The notes beneath the pieces are model-generated. The model had not been told where the DNA came from. It did not search any database and was given only the letters and a program-made list of their open reading frames with translations. From Owenia fusiformis (lineage: Eukaryota): a DNA stretch of 64,000 bases. Below are positions 47,328-60,900 of this stretch, one piece after another. Within the stretch, counting starts at the first letter, position 1. Each line of letters starts with the position of its first letter. The position numbers were made by a program, and so were the translations under genes. The stretch is from the NCBI GenBank assembly GCA_903813345.2, contig CAIIXF020000001.1, forward strand, positions 46,376,001 through 46,440,000. The letters are read 5' to 3'.

Positions 47328-49897
47328 TCTTAATGTCAAATCATCGGACTCGTTTTTTGTTTTGTTATTAGAATCAGGTTCGTCAAAATTTTGAATCAAT
47401 TGTAAAAGGATTAAGATAGAATCATAAAGTCACTTCACCTATATATTTTTTTGATCTGTATGAATACGACATTGGCACTTTATATACATTTATATGTATA
47501 TTTAAGTTTACTTTGAATAGCCCCAATCTTGTTCACAAAGTCACATTGAAATTGCCTATATTGCTGCATATTAATTTGAACAGCCTGGCATTCAAGAGGT
47601 TAAAGTTGAAGGGGGCCTTTAAGGTCAATTGATACTTTAATAGTAATATGAGGTGGCATCATGATGTGCATCTGTTGGTTTTGATACATACCCTTACAAA
47701 TTATTTCCACTTAGCTTTGCTTTACTGGTTTTTCCAAACCATTACTTTCATTTTGAGATGTATTTTTATAAATCCAAATCCGAATCAACAAATATTCCCA
47801 CAACAACAGACCATTGACCTAACCTATCCATGTGTAAAGCTATGTCGAAGGTCAATGAAGCTTTGCAAATTTTGAATACAGCCCAACACAACACTCGCAC
47901 CTGGATATCTAGTGAGCAAGCATCTAGTTGGATAGTTACTAACTGAGGGAGGAACTACTAACTAAATAGAAGTGTCATAACTGATATAAAAGGTAAGATT
48001 CAGAAGAAGTAACTCATTTCTACATGTGTTCAAACATAAAGAGGATTGGGGTGACTAAGTACTCTTTGTTTTGAGTGGGTTGACATCGTATTCAGATAAG
48101 CAAACAGTTCTACATTCTGATGGGCTCTGATCAACACCAGCCAACACCAACAAAGGCTGGGGTTTTACAGGGAATATAGGTTGAAAACATGTGAAAGTGT
48201 GGAGTTACCTAAAGGGAGATTAGAGCAAACAAGCTAAACAAAAATTCGTTCAATTTAAGATTATTTTTGACTCAAATCATCTGGCCATATGTCTACTTTC
48301 TAAAATTCCTCAAAGTGCATATTTTAGATAGGAAAACTAAAGATTTTTACAATAATGTATTTATTTTTCTATAATTATGGTTACCATTCTTATTATTTTG
48401 GGGGATTTTTGTTTTCCACCACTTTTGCACTTTGAATCCTAACAACTTCTAACTCCTAATAACACCAATTTATAACAATGATATGATGGATCTTTTGGGA
48501 GATTTTGTATTTGAGATGGTGAGGAATAGATTGGTAGGTCAAATGCACATGTTGCTTGCAATATTTTGTCACTCAATAATGTACAGTATTAAAGGTACAT
48601 TTGACCTGGGAGGAAATCCAATATTCACAAGTTGTACAAGGGTTCATACACCCCTCCATTTGGATTCTGAACAACGTTGTGTTTACTTAACGCAATTAAG
48701 GTATTCACAACTGTAGTACAGTAAGTATATTTGTCAATATTGTGCCCTTATCAAATAAAGGGATAAAGCTGCATACGTACTTGAGCATTGCATGCTGTAA
48801 ACTTGGAAATTGACCAAACCAAATATTTCATACAGTTATACTACAACACAGCAAGAGGTAAGTTGCTCTAATACATAACCTGATAACATATGATTTTAGG
48901 AAATCCAAGGGGAGTAAGTCAATGATCCCCTCATTTTACCTTTATACATGTTATAAGTATAGGTACAACGGTAAGGGGGGGGGCAGGAATGCAGTATATG
49001 TAGACCTTATACATAATAGTTCATACAAAGTAACATATATAGAATAAACTTGAATATTAGTCTGTTGATGAGAACAACGGATGAGATATATGTTAGTTCC
49101 ATCTTCTAGGCTTCATCATGTTCATCAATTTTAACAATTGATATTATTATATCAGTACATGTAATTTGAAACTCAGGTCACATTTCTAGGTGATGGTCAT
49201 CTCAGAGGGCAATGTCATGATAAGGAATCCCATATAAAGGCTCTATTAAAACAAATGATGCTTAAGGATTTAAGCCCTGAACTCAGTACCCTCAGTGCAA
49301 TGTGGATTGACTATTCCTTGAAGGTGTTGCTTTCCAAAATTTGCACGAGATGCGGAGCATCAAGTGTTAATTTTAGTAAACAATGTTGCAACGCCTGAAA
49401 AGAATAATACATAATACAATGCATTGAGTCTTCACACACTGCAAAATATTTTTGATGAAACTTTTTGCAAGGGTCAAGCTGGCAAAGTATCAGTTTCAAT
49501 CTGTAGAGTCCACTCATTTCTATGACAATCATTTATTAGTGACTTGAGTTCATTATTGGTTATATAAAGGAATATATTGCAGTTACATGAAATAGCGTGT
49601 TCTGATTGGTTGGAATCGGACACACCTTGCCTAATTACAGGGTGGTCAAAAAATGGAAACCCTGCATTTTTCTTATATCTTTGTCATTTTAGGTAATTAC
49701 TCAAATAACTCCCTGATATTTGAAACATTTGTACATCATTCAGTTCCCTACCAGCTAACCATATTTCATGACCATCAGATTGATAGTCACAATGGTACAG
49801 CACTTTGACCAACCTGTATGTGTCAATATCTCTCTCATTTAATATATTCATCATGTTTATTCATTTTTTTAACAGTATGATCTTATTCCAGTCAAAT

Positions 49898-50837
49898 ATG
49901 GCAGACATCAGACTGAGTTTCAGCATTGCAATGGTTGCGGCAGTTGTCCTTGGAGAGTTGTTCAGTCTCATTTGGTACAATCTGCTCTTCAGGAGAGACT
50001 ATGGGGAACGTAACCTCATAATGGCCATCCTAGCTGATGTTGGCCTCGCATTCATCCTGAATCATATTATGGGGTAGGTGCAAAACATGTTACAGGTTTA
50101 TAGGGTCAATATCTCTTTATGCCCACAAAATCTTTGTTGGCATACATCAAATTCTCAAAATTAGGAACTTTGATTTTAAAAAATGCTCAATACATTTCTG
50201 AGGGATGGGAGGAGGTCAGTCTAACATTTTTGGACATTTCAAAATGTTGACATGATCCCTTTTTATGAGGTATTGATTATATTATCATTGATCCAAGTGC
50301 AGTTTTGTGTGAAATATCAATTAAAAAAAAGATAGATATACATGATGGAAAATTGTGAATGATAATTATAGTTACATTATTATCATATGTGCTGTGGTAA
50401 TACTTAATCAGATGTAGCATTCACTCCAGCGAAAGGGATGAGTAAGACGAATTAATTACCATAAATATTAATGAAACAGGGTGAGACAGTTTGAAAAAAT
50501 CATTTCGTCAAGGTAACACTCACTGGTTCCAAATGCAGCTGAACGATTGTTAATGTCGCACCCTGTGTGTGTTCACCCAGGTTGTTCATGTACGAGATTG
50601 CATATACATGTATTATAAAATGGCATTTTAATTGTTTCCAGGCAACACTGGTCAGTCCGTAACATCGAGGATGCTGTATGGCTATCCATCTGGTTAGGAT
50701 GTCTTTATATCTGTCTTGAGTCCCCTCATCATTTATGGCATCAACGTGATCTTACCCGCTTCCTCATCCATGCCTTGCACAAGTTTGGCATCTGCTTCGT
50801 GATGGTCTTCTCCCTCGATTACTTCAAGAACTACTAG
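49898..50837 (+). CDS. 123-aa four-transmembrane protein, DUF1761-like; two coding exons
   Basis: Exons 49898-50073 and 50642-50837 (GG|GTAGGT...TTCCAG|G, phase 2, 372 nt). MADIRLSFSIAMVAAVVLGELFSLIWYNLLFRRDYGERNLIMAILADVGLAFILNHIMGQHWSVRNIEDAVWLSIWLGCLYICLESPHHLWHQRDLTRFLIHALHKFGICFVMVFSLDYFKNY*. Acceptor at 49891 before the ATG; candidate 5'UTR donors at 48857, 48720 and 47992. Confidence 0.8.
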
Positions 50838-53800
50838 GTCTCAATCATAAATGAGACTTATATAAAGTCGTAGAATCTGAATGGAACAGACAATTATTAA
50901 AAATAGACATTCACTGGAATAAATTAAACAGCCATTTCTGGATCAACACTTACTACCTAGATAAATCTCAGGTGCAAGATGTTGATTTCTTAATGAAGAA
51001 AATAATTCAATCTTTCATTCTCTCCTATATAAACATGCATCTATGATAAAGATTCTTCTTTATCAAGAACACAACATCAGGAATAATCACTTAACTCAGG
51101 AACAGCAATTTACTGGTAGACCAATTCACTCCACTATACCTTGCATTTGGTGTTCATGAGCAACCCATTTGGCTTATGAGTCATGATTTTGTATTTGTTT
51201 TTATGTGTCCATTCCTTATGAATGGTTTATCGGTTGAATGTTAGATGTTACTAAGGCACTTTCAAATATATACTAAACAATACAATTGGACAAACAAAGT
51301 ATCTTATGCATTCCTAGGTGTGAATTGTACGTACATACTGTATATTTAGGTACCTTGTATGCATTTATTTTTGGATTTATTAGTATCACTGAAGATTAAG
51401 TAAACTATCTGATGTCCAGATAACCTAATAGATTACTGTCATCATGATTTTCTTAATGGAAATATGCTGTAAACTATAATCATCCACACCTTCTAATAAC
51501 ATTGTAACCTTGCAACTCATATATTACTCTGAAATTACATAAACTAGCCTCACTACTTTGCCTATTACAAATGATGTTTACTGTTTTGATGCTGATCTTA
51601 ACAATCTCAAACGAAGCATCCATGACCTTATGCAGGTTTAAATGTTAAATGACATCATGGGCTCTAATTTGAAAGCCCATGATGACATCTACATATTTTA
51701 TCAAATGGCAGCCTGATATTCCAAGGATATTATAGATGAACAATATCTCATCAGAAATATTTTTGACATTTTATACTGTGTCTGAATGTTTGTATTTCAT
51801 TTGGAAACTTGTTTTGTATTGTAACCACATTTATATTATGTATATTAGCATTAGAATTGTCATTGTAACTTTTGCCACCCTGGTTCCTCCATTCTTGGTA
51901 AGTTCTAACCATCTGAAAAACTAAGACTGAAATGACCATATATTAATATATTGTATTACATGTTGTTTAGTTAATTAATTATGAAGTGTATCATATTTCA
52001 TGAAGGGATATACCTCCAGAACCAAACATCAGATAACTAATTTATCCTATGACCAGTGACTTTTTATCTATAAAACATTGATAATTGTAAATTATCTTGT
52101 ACAGATGGAATTAACAGATTTCTAAACTATGCTTTATTATGCTGTAGACTGTATATGAATTACACCATTAATTATATAAAATTATTTGTTTTTATAATTT
52201 CCATAATCTGTTATGGACTTGAAACCCCACAAGTTTTAAAGAGGATGAGAGATGTTATAAAAACACATTCATTTAATTAATGTACATGTAGATTAATTAG
52301 AACAATAATCAAATCTTGAATATGATTTTAAGAGTTTTTGTTCAATGTTCAATCCCTTTATTCTATGCATACTCCAATTTCTTTGATTTCATCACACTAC
52401 AATGCATTGTATTTGATTAGGATCCAGATGTTTTGAATTGTGAAAAGTACAATAACACCATCCTTGCTGCAAGGGTATTTTACAAGTTATATTTAAGCAT
52501 AAATGAAGTCCTTTGAAGAAGGATGCCATAACACCCCAACACTATATTCAGGGGAAATAAAGATGAAGTAATTTATGAAATGCCAATATTTTCTGTATTT
52601 CATGAGAAATGTTTAGATTAAGACGTAATACATAGCAAAATGATTATTTTAACAATGGGCTTTCAATTACAGTTAAAAGCCCATGTTTTAGCATGACACC
52701 CCTCTTAGTATTATGCTAACATAATGACAAACGTGGACAATACTGATGATGATAATGATATGTATTAGTAATATGGATTCCCTGTCATCATAAGCTATTG
52801 AGAATATTGAATAGAGAAATACAAGCACTATATCAGGTTTAATATGGCATGTCTCCATTGACAATTCTGGTTTTCTCTAGTTAAAGGTTTACTAAACAAG
52901 CATTATTAATATTCATTGCACATGTTTCAACATGCTGAGGAAATAGAGGTACGATGTGTTGATTTATCAGTAATAAAGATTAAAAGATGGCAGCATTGTA
53001 CAGTGGCAAGATGTAGAATTCAATTTGTTTATCACATGTCCTGTCCACAAATGAAAACATAGGGACCATAGTTCTCATTCTCTATGGAAATATTCCAACT
53101 TATAAGTGGTAAAATTACAAGGGAATAAGGATCCAGGTCAATGATTTCCCAAAACATATCTCATCACTTTTCAAACTAACCCATTTCCCAAAAATAACTA
53201 ACATTTATTGACTTCTTTCAATTGGATTATTTCTTATCTAAATCTTTGTATCCTAAAAGAATATTAATATATATACAGTAAAACCTTTCTCATGATCCAA
53301 ACATGTCAGCAAAAAGTGTTTAGATTAGCAGGTGTTCACATTTCAAGATTTTATAAACATGTGAATCAAAGGGAGATAACTTTGAGACCAAGAAAAAATG
53401 TTTAAACTGAGAGGTGCTCGGATATGCAGGTTTCACTGGACTAGTAAAATTAACCCCTCTCACAAAAATAAGATTAATATAAACATTTATACTCCCTAAA
53501 GTGCTTCAAAGTTGTGCTGTTGAAAATGTGTGCTTTAATAATTGCATTTAATGTAGTGTCACAGATCTTGTATAATGATGTCATCCGGCCGTATCTCTTG
53601 AATGAACTTTTGGATTCAACACAAAATTTGATTTTTATACTTAATTCTGTATATGCATTAATACTTTATTGTTTTTATATACAACCATCCTAGATACAAC
53701 ATACAATGGTCATTGTGAGAGAAACATTGAATCAAATGCTGTAAAAATAAAGTGAAAGTCCTTTTTAAATTCTAAGTATGTTCTCCTTTTGACAAATAAG

Positions 53801-53953
53801 ACTAACAAGATACCTATCATGTTGTTACTACCAGGTCAATATTTCAATGTTGTTCAAAAACATAATGAACATGGTTAACATCATTTCCAATTGACATCAT
53901 CTACTTCTCAAAAAATATAAATGGCCTAGATTGATTATTTTACAAATAAAAGC

Positions 53954-54260
53954 CAAGGAGGATTGGCTCCCAGGGTTCATTCTCAATATTCTGCCTATAT
54001 GGAGTCATGTCATATTAAAAATCTGAAATCAACCAGCTGCCAAATTTTTTCCTTCAGAATTTCAATTGCGACTTTTGGTCTTATGTTATTTCCACACAAA
54101 AAATTTCAAAATACATGAGAAGTGATCAAAATATCAGTTCAAATCTTTTGGATCGCTGATTATGAAGTTAGTCATAATGTCAGAAAATAGCGGCATTTTC
54201 AATATTCTAGTCGATCAATGTTGAATATTGAGATGGAGGTCTGGGAGCCAACCTTCCTTG
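53954..54260. mobile_element. Mutator-like MITE (9-bp TSD)
   Basis: AATAAAAGC|CAAGGAGGATTGGCTCCCAG...CTGGGAGCCAACCTTCCTTG|AATTAAAGC; ~38-bp imperfect TIR, TSD with 1 mismatch. Confidence 0.75.
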
Positions 54261-54549
54261 AATTAAAGCAAATCAGATTCAATATTTTTAATATGCTATA
54301 TAAAGATTGAATAACTATTGCTGGATTAGAGAATTTGTATTGATTCTAAACTTACATGTCTATTCACGTATATACAGTAAATAGAGAAAATACTCATTTT
54401 CAAATAAAAGTGCAGAACATCCTTATTTGCTCTTCTATAAGTATATCAATATCTTGCTCAATCGCTATGCTCACTCATACAAATATTGATATAAACTCAT
54501 TCTGTTCATTTGTTCCTTTAATAATAGATCTTTCTTTCGACTATAATGC

Positions 54550-54920
54550 AATATATTGAGTATCACAATATACTCAAGATCATGCTATATTAAGCATCAC
54601 AACTGACTCATAATATATTGAGTATCACAAATAATATACTCACAATATTGTATATTGTGTACCACAATCTACTCACAAATAAACATCATAACCTACACAT
54701 ACTCAAATGAATGTAACAATTTGTTCACATTCAAATGTGCATATCGATCTTCTCACATTAAATTGAGCATCTCAATACACTCCCAATATAATCAGCAATC
54801 TAAATGACTCATGTTCAATTGAGCATCACAATTTACTCATATTACACATGTATTGAGCATTCACAGTATACTGAACATCGAAATTTACTCAAACTATATT
54901 GAGTATCTTACTCACAATCT
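54550..54920. repeat. Degenerate tandem repeat (ATATTGAGYATCACAAT..ACTCA) just 3' of the patatin-gene stop
   Basis: Recurrent TTGAG[CT]ATCACAA and TACTCA motifs with irregular spacing. Confidence 0.6.
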
Positions 54921-54928
54921 ATGGATCA

Positions 54929-57900
54929 TCATAATCTAGTTGCTTCTAAAGATTGAATTTTATCTTCAGTATTGCCATGCAGACTTTCTGTAAAGACTGT
55001 GTCACTAGCCATTTGCCTAGTATCCTCTGATGTAGCAGGAATATCCTGTTCACCAACATCATTCAGTTTTTCAGCAACATTTGGTCCATTACCATCAACT
55101 GTTTCATCAAAGACTGTATCACTTCCCATTTGCCTAGCCCTTTCCTCACTAACTGTGTCGCTGGTCATTTCTCCTTTATGTTTAAATGGATCAGCAATGT
55201 TCTCTTGAATCCCTCCCGCCACACCACTCACTAACTCCATTAGTATTTCTGGACTTCTCGCTAACTCATTGACAGTATCATAATTTGTTGAGCTGCATTC
55301 AGTTTGTACATGTTTATTGTCATCACCTTCAGGAACATGCCCGTTATTAATTGAGAGATGGAGTCCATTTCCATTACTCAATCTCTCCTTCACAAGTTTT
55401 GCTTGTATTTTAGCCTGCACAGCTGATCCAGAACGAGGCCTCTCTAGGGTGCCATTTGGTGTTCCCCCTAGGGAGCCTCCCAATGAACCCCCAAGAGAGC
55501 CTCCTGGTGTTCCCGATCCCATGTTGTTCATTTTGAGATACTTTGTGAGGTAGGCCACAGTTGCATCTCGACCTTGCTGCAATATCAAATAAATAACATT
55601 GACCCATTGGTTTTTAGAAAGTTTGTCTCTCCACAATATGGTTCTATTAAAATTGTTCACCCCTTCACTAATACTATTATATCCACTAAATTAATAACTA
55701 AATGTTGATGGACAAAACAGGGAGTAGAAAAAAAGATTATTCATCAAAGTTTCAGTGGTAATTTTCTCAGTTTTGAAGCCAATCATTTCTTGAATGACCA
55801 ATATGACTTCGCTCTTTATGTATGTGAATTCTTACAGTTTAAAAGCAATGTTTAGGCAAAATACCAGGCCCCTCGAAACTTGATATTCATGGCCCACCCT
55901 GTTTACTTACAGCAGTAACGAAGTCACAATCTGCTGGTGCAAGTTGATCCAATGTGCCAACATAGTCAGTGTGGATTCCAACTGTCCTGTTAAAGTCTGC
56001 AGACTGCAAATATATATTGTTTATTTGATCAAGGGATATTTGTCCAGGACGATATCTGGACCTTTCATGTTAAATGATAAAATATATTATTACATATTTT
56101 GACTTCACTATAGTTCTAAACTTAGTCAATACAGTTTCTCTGGTTTTACATAGGTATGTAGATAGTACTAATAGAGAATATTTACCTGTAAACTGATGGA
56201 CTTCATATGCACATCAATGGTGTCTATGATTGATCCGAAGAAAGCTCCTGCAGAGTCAAACTCAACATGTGTGGCTGACTGCAGGTAGGTTTGAGATGGT
56301 ATCCCCTTGCGTTCCACAAAGTCCATGAACTCATTAAATGTTATCTGCTTATCTCCATCTCGGTCGAGTTCTTTCAACTGAAACAGTGATTAAACAAAGA
56401 TATATATTACAAATGCATTTAAATCAATTTGATCATCACATGTGTTTTTTAGAAAAGCCAAGTGTTTAAGAAATGTACGTTTTGAAAAATATTACATGGG
56501 CAAATAACATACAGACTACAGAGGCCTAACTACTAAGTGCTTACCATTTCAGTAAAGGTGCACCTCTCCCCAAAGAGTATCTGCATATCTCTCCTCAAGA
56601 CAGGATCCTCTTGTGCCCTCTCAAAGACTTTTTCAAGCTCCTCTATTCCTATGATACCATCCTGGTCAATATCATTCTCTTTAACAACAGCCATGAATCT
56701 TTTGATGGCTTGAAAGGTGTGGAATTTACGTGCACTATCTGTCATTCTTTTCTGGCACGATTTTTCCTTCGCTCTGGAAAAATGAGTACTCGAAGAATTA
56801 AATCTATTCATGACAACACAAATAAAAATTCTCAAACCATCATACTTTGATTAACAATGTAAAAAGTGATTGCCATTGGCCATAAGGCAACCCAAGGCAA
56901 TGATTTCCAAATGCTATTGCATTACCCTAAGTGAAGAAAATATTTCTGTTATAATATCACAAATTCTTAATTTTATTTCATTCAGTGCCCATAATGGGTC
57001 AGCCTTCACCCATTTGTTCAATGGATGCGTACACACCTCAACTGGAAATAAATGGATCCACCCAAGAGAAGCTAATTATTTAAAGGCATTTCACTAACAG
57101 TGCATTGAAATAGGTACCCTTGAAACACAGTACATGAATGACTTACTTTGCTAGCTTAGATTTTGGTCTGCTGGGTGTAGCAAACTCAAAGTCTCTGTTC
57201 AGTAATTTGCCTCTCAAGAAATCACTCTCAAATGCAGAGAACTGAAAAACACAATAAATGTTCAGTATTTAGAAGAAGTCCTGAGCTCTTAACAGTCATT
57301 TCATTGCATAGCGTTTAAACCTGTGGTCTATTATTTTCCAATAAAAAAAGTTTTGGTTGGGAGTACAATATCATCAGACAATATACCAAGGTATGACAAG
57401 TCTAAATACATTTTTTAACATTTCGTGGTGGGAAGGGGTTCAAAACACAATTTGCATACAAAAACAGACATTAAAGATTTAACATGACCCCTGTATGAAG
57501 TTGGGCACTCACCACAAGAAGACCAAGTGTCTTGGGGTTATACGTCTCAAAGAATTCTTCCTCCGTCCCAAGCTTTTGGAAGAATGAATCCTGGCTTTTC
57601 ATTGACAGAAACCATCCTGAAATTATTTAAATATTTTTTTAATGTCAATTAGTTAACAAAGAGACAAGTTGAGCGAGGGTAACTTTTCGAAAATTGTCTC
57701 GGTTTTTTGTACACAGCATTCCTTGAGGTTCTGACTTTACTCTGTAGAAATCTCTCGCTTTTTAAGATCATCAACATAAGGTTCATTATCATGGAGTCAA
57801 TGGACAGCGGGACTTTAAAAACCCCTTCCACTTGTATTGTAAGGTGTTCCACTTACAGAGGTGTTCCATTTAGCAGTTTCTACAGTATTATATTACTTGT

Positions 57901-60900
57901 CAATTAAACCTTTTTTTGATAGATATCTCATATAATCCGATATCAAGTGAGATCACAAGGAACTAAACCCATTAGCAAATTTAGCATGTTTTTATCACAA
58001 TGATTGCTTCACCCTTCAGGCCCGTAGCCAGGATTTGCCAAGGGGGGTTCAGTTTTTAAAAATTTCCAGGGGGGGGGGTTCACATTTGACAATTTTGGCC
58101 CAAATATGACTAAAATCACTTGAAAAGTGCTCAAAATGGTGAAAAACTGCATGATTTTTAAAGAATTTTTGGCCAGGGGGGGGGGTTTGCCCGAACCATG
58201 CGAACCCCCTCTGGCTACGGGCCTGCCCATATCATTTGCTTGCCGACACTTTATGTAATAACATGCCAAGGGTTCATGCAGTATATGATTTTCACATGTA
58301 ACTGCCCTTTATAACATGCTGAAAAGGCCATATGTCATTATGTAGTTATTTAAAGGTATTTCAATGACTGCATGTGATCATTTTCAAATTTTAGATTAAA
58401 TGAAAAGCTGTGTTCAGTGTTGAACTGACAGGTTACTTTTAATCTGCCAAAATAAATACTAAAACACTAAAATAATATTGGGAAAACACATCAATATATA
58501 AATTAAAAATCAATCCGAAGCAATTCCAGGTAGAGTACATAGTTAGGCCCTTTGCAATAATTCACAAAAGTTATTTCATTTTGAAAAGTATGCCAATGTT
58601 TCTCTTAATCCTTGTTTCATTTTCTGAGAAAAGAATTGAGATATACAATTATTATATCAATTATTCCCTTAAAATCTATTTTGTTTTCTGAAAAAGGAAT
58701 TGAAATATCTGATCAAATGTACATAGAAGTTATTAAAGGATTTAAGATGGAGACATGTCCAAAACCTTAAAAAGATTGTCTTGCTATAAAGTTTTTCTTC
58801 ATCTTAAGGAACTAGGCATGACATGGAACAATGAAACCAAAAAATGTTTCAAATTTACTCTCATCTCATCTTTATCCCATTTGCTTCTTTAAATTTCAAT
58901 TCAAAGTAGACCTACACCCCAAAATGCAATCTGATTTTCGACACCGTTTCGGTGCCAAATTTTGGTGCCGTTCTGGCACCAAATGGACTGACTAGTCCGG
59001 TAGCAAATTTTGGTGTCGAAATATTTCGGTGCCCGAACGGTGTCGAAACGGTGCCGGAACAGTGCCGAATTTTTTCGATGCCGTTTCATTATATTGGCTG
59101 TGTACTGGTTATGGGCCTGTACTTGTGTAGCAACTTACCATCAAATGCCTTAATAGGATAATTATTGAGAAGACCCCCATCAATGTAGTAATTTGTTAAA
59201 CCATTTTTCACATACTTCACTGGCTGGAGAATACCTGAAAATATTCAAAATTAAGGTAAATTGTTAAGTTTGGCCAACGGACTGCATCTTTAATCATCCC
59301 CCCTGTTATTAATTAGTAATGCAGGTAGGAGGAGGATATGATATAACAATAACGATTGGATTCAAAACTAGCATATTAAAGCCTACACTGCAATTAAGAC
59401 TATTAGCAAACTATTATAGACATTATGAATGAAATCATTTGAATGACTAAATAAAATATCTGCAGATGCCCCAAAGACAGTCAAATCTGCCCACATTACT
59501 CTGCCATGAGAATAGAAATTAAGTACATTGAATAAAGGAAAACATTACATTACATAACATTAAAGAAGCTGAAGTATGTGGTTATGAACAAGCCAAAAGC
59601 ACTGTGTATACTTTAGTATTTTAATACATATAGTAATAACACAGTACAGTGTGTAAAGTCTCTATATAATAGTAGGTTTTACCGTTTTAACACATTTTTT
59701 TCTTTACACTTTGCCAAGTTATACTGAGTCAGATATGATATATATTCCCAGGTGATATCTGCCCCAAACCCACTCAAGTATAAGATACTCTGTTGCAATC
59801 TTTTTATGTAATTATAGTCAGTGATAGTATCCAATTGAGAATAAAAACACATATAGTATGATGATGAAAAAATTATAAATTGTCCTGTAACAAAGTGTCA
59901 AGTTTAATTTTTATTTTTTAGTGTTGAAAGATAAACAAATAGCAAAATGACACCATATATGAAAGACCAAAAAAAATATTTTCAAATTTCTTGCCCTCGT
60001 GTACTCATCCTCTATTCTGAAATATAACATTTTATCTTTGTATGCCAGTTACTAATCTATATGCCAACTACTATGGACCAATGACCCTAGTCGGTAAAAG
60101 ATGAAAATAATGTTGTCCTTTGGTACAATATCATGTTAAGGAGTTCTTACCTGGGATGGATAAAGACATTCTACAAGCAGTGATTATAGGCATATCAGGA
60201 CTGGTCTTCATATGGAAATACTCCAATGATGTAGTTGTCAGATTTGTAGCTGTCATGACTAGCTCTGTTCCAAATTGCTCATAACACTAGAAACAACAAA
60301 AATGAAAAACCAAACATTTTACAAACTCTGATTGGCTCGGTGAGATCAGAGATTTATTGTAAACTGAAAGAGTGAAGACGAAGCTCTCCTTTAATAAGTG
60401 AAGTCGAACGAATGCAAAGGGTAAGTAACAGTTAGTCAATGAGACTGAAAACAAGAGGGTTTGGAAAAAGGCTTTATCAGAGGGATAACATTTCTTGAAA
60501 GATGAACCCTGTAGTATATCCAAAACTGACTATTATAATATTTACATTAATAATATATTCAATTTTTGAAATCAAGAAAGTTAGTTATCACAGAATATAG
60601 ACACACTACTATACCCCCATACTGTATCCTGTATTCCTTTAAAAGAAATACAGGTGACAGCGAAGTTGCAAATGGAGGTCGTTTGTTTATTTCCATAGTT
60701 CTGAAGTTATACTAGATTTTAAATATATTCCAAGTGTTCTACTATACATTTTATAGATTCATCGAGCAGTTTGCAACGTATTATTACCAGAAAAGCCCAA
60801 TGGACAAATATAGAGAATACCCACTCCATTTGCAACTTAACTGTACCCTGTATCCTTTTTTAAATGTGGTCACGTGGTAGGGTAGTGTGATAGAAATCAT

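Noticed and set aside
58912..59090. GGTGCC/GGTGTCG-repeat segment as a complete element
   Set aside because: Looks like a transposon subterminal fragment, but only one end is discernible
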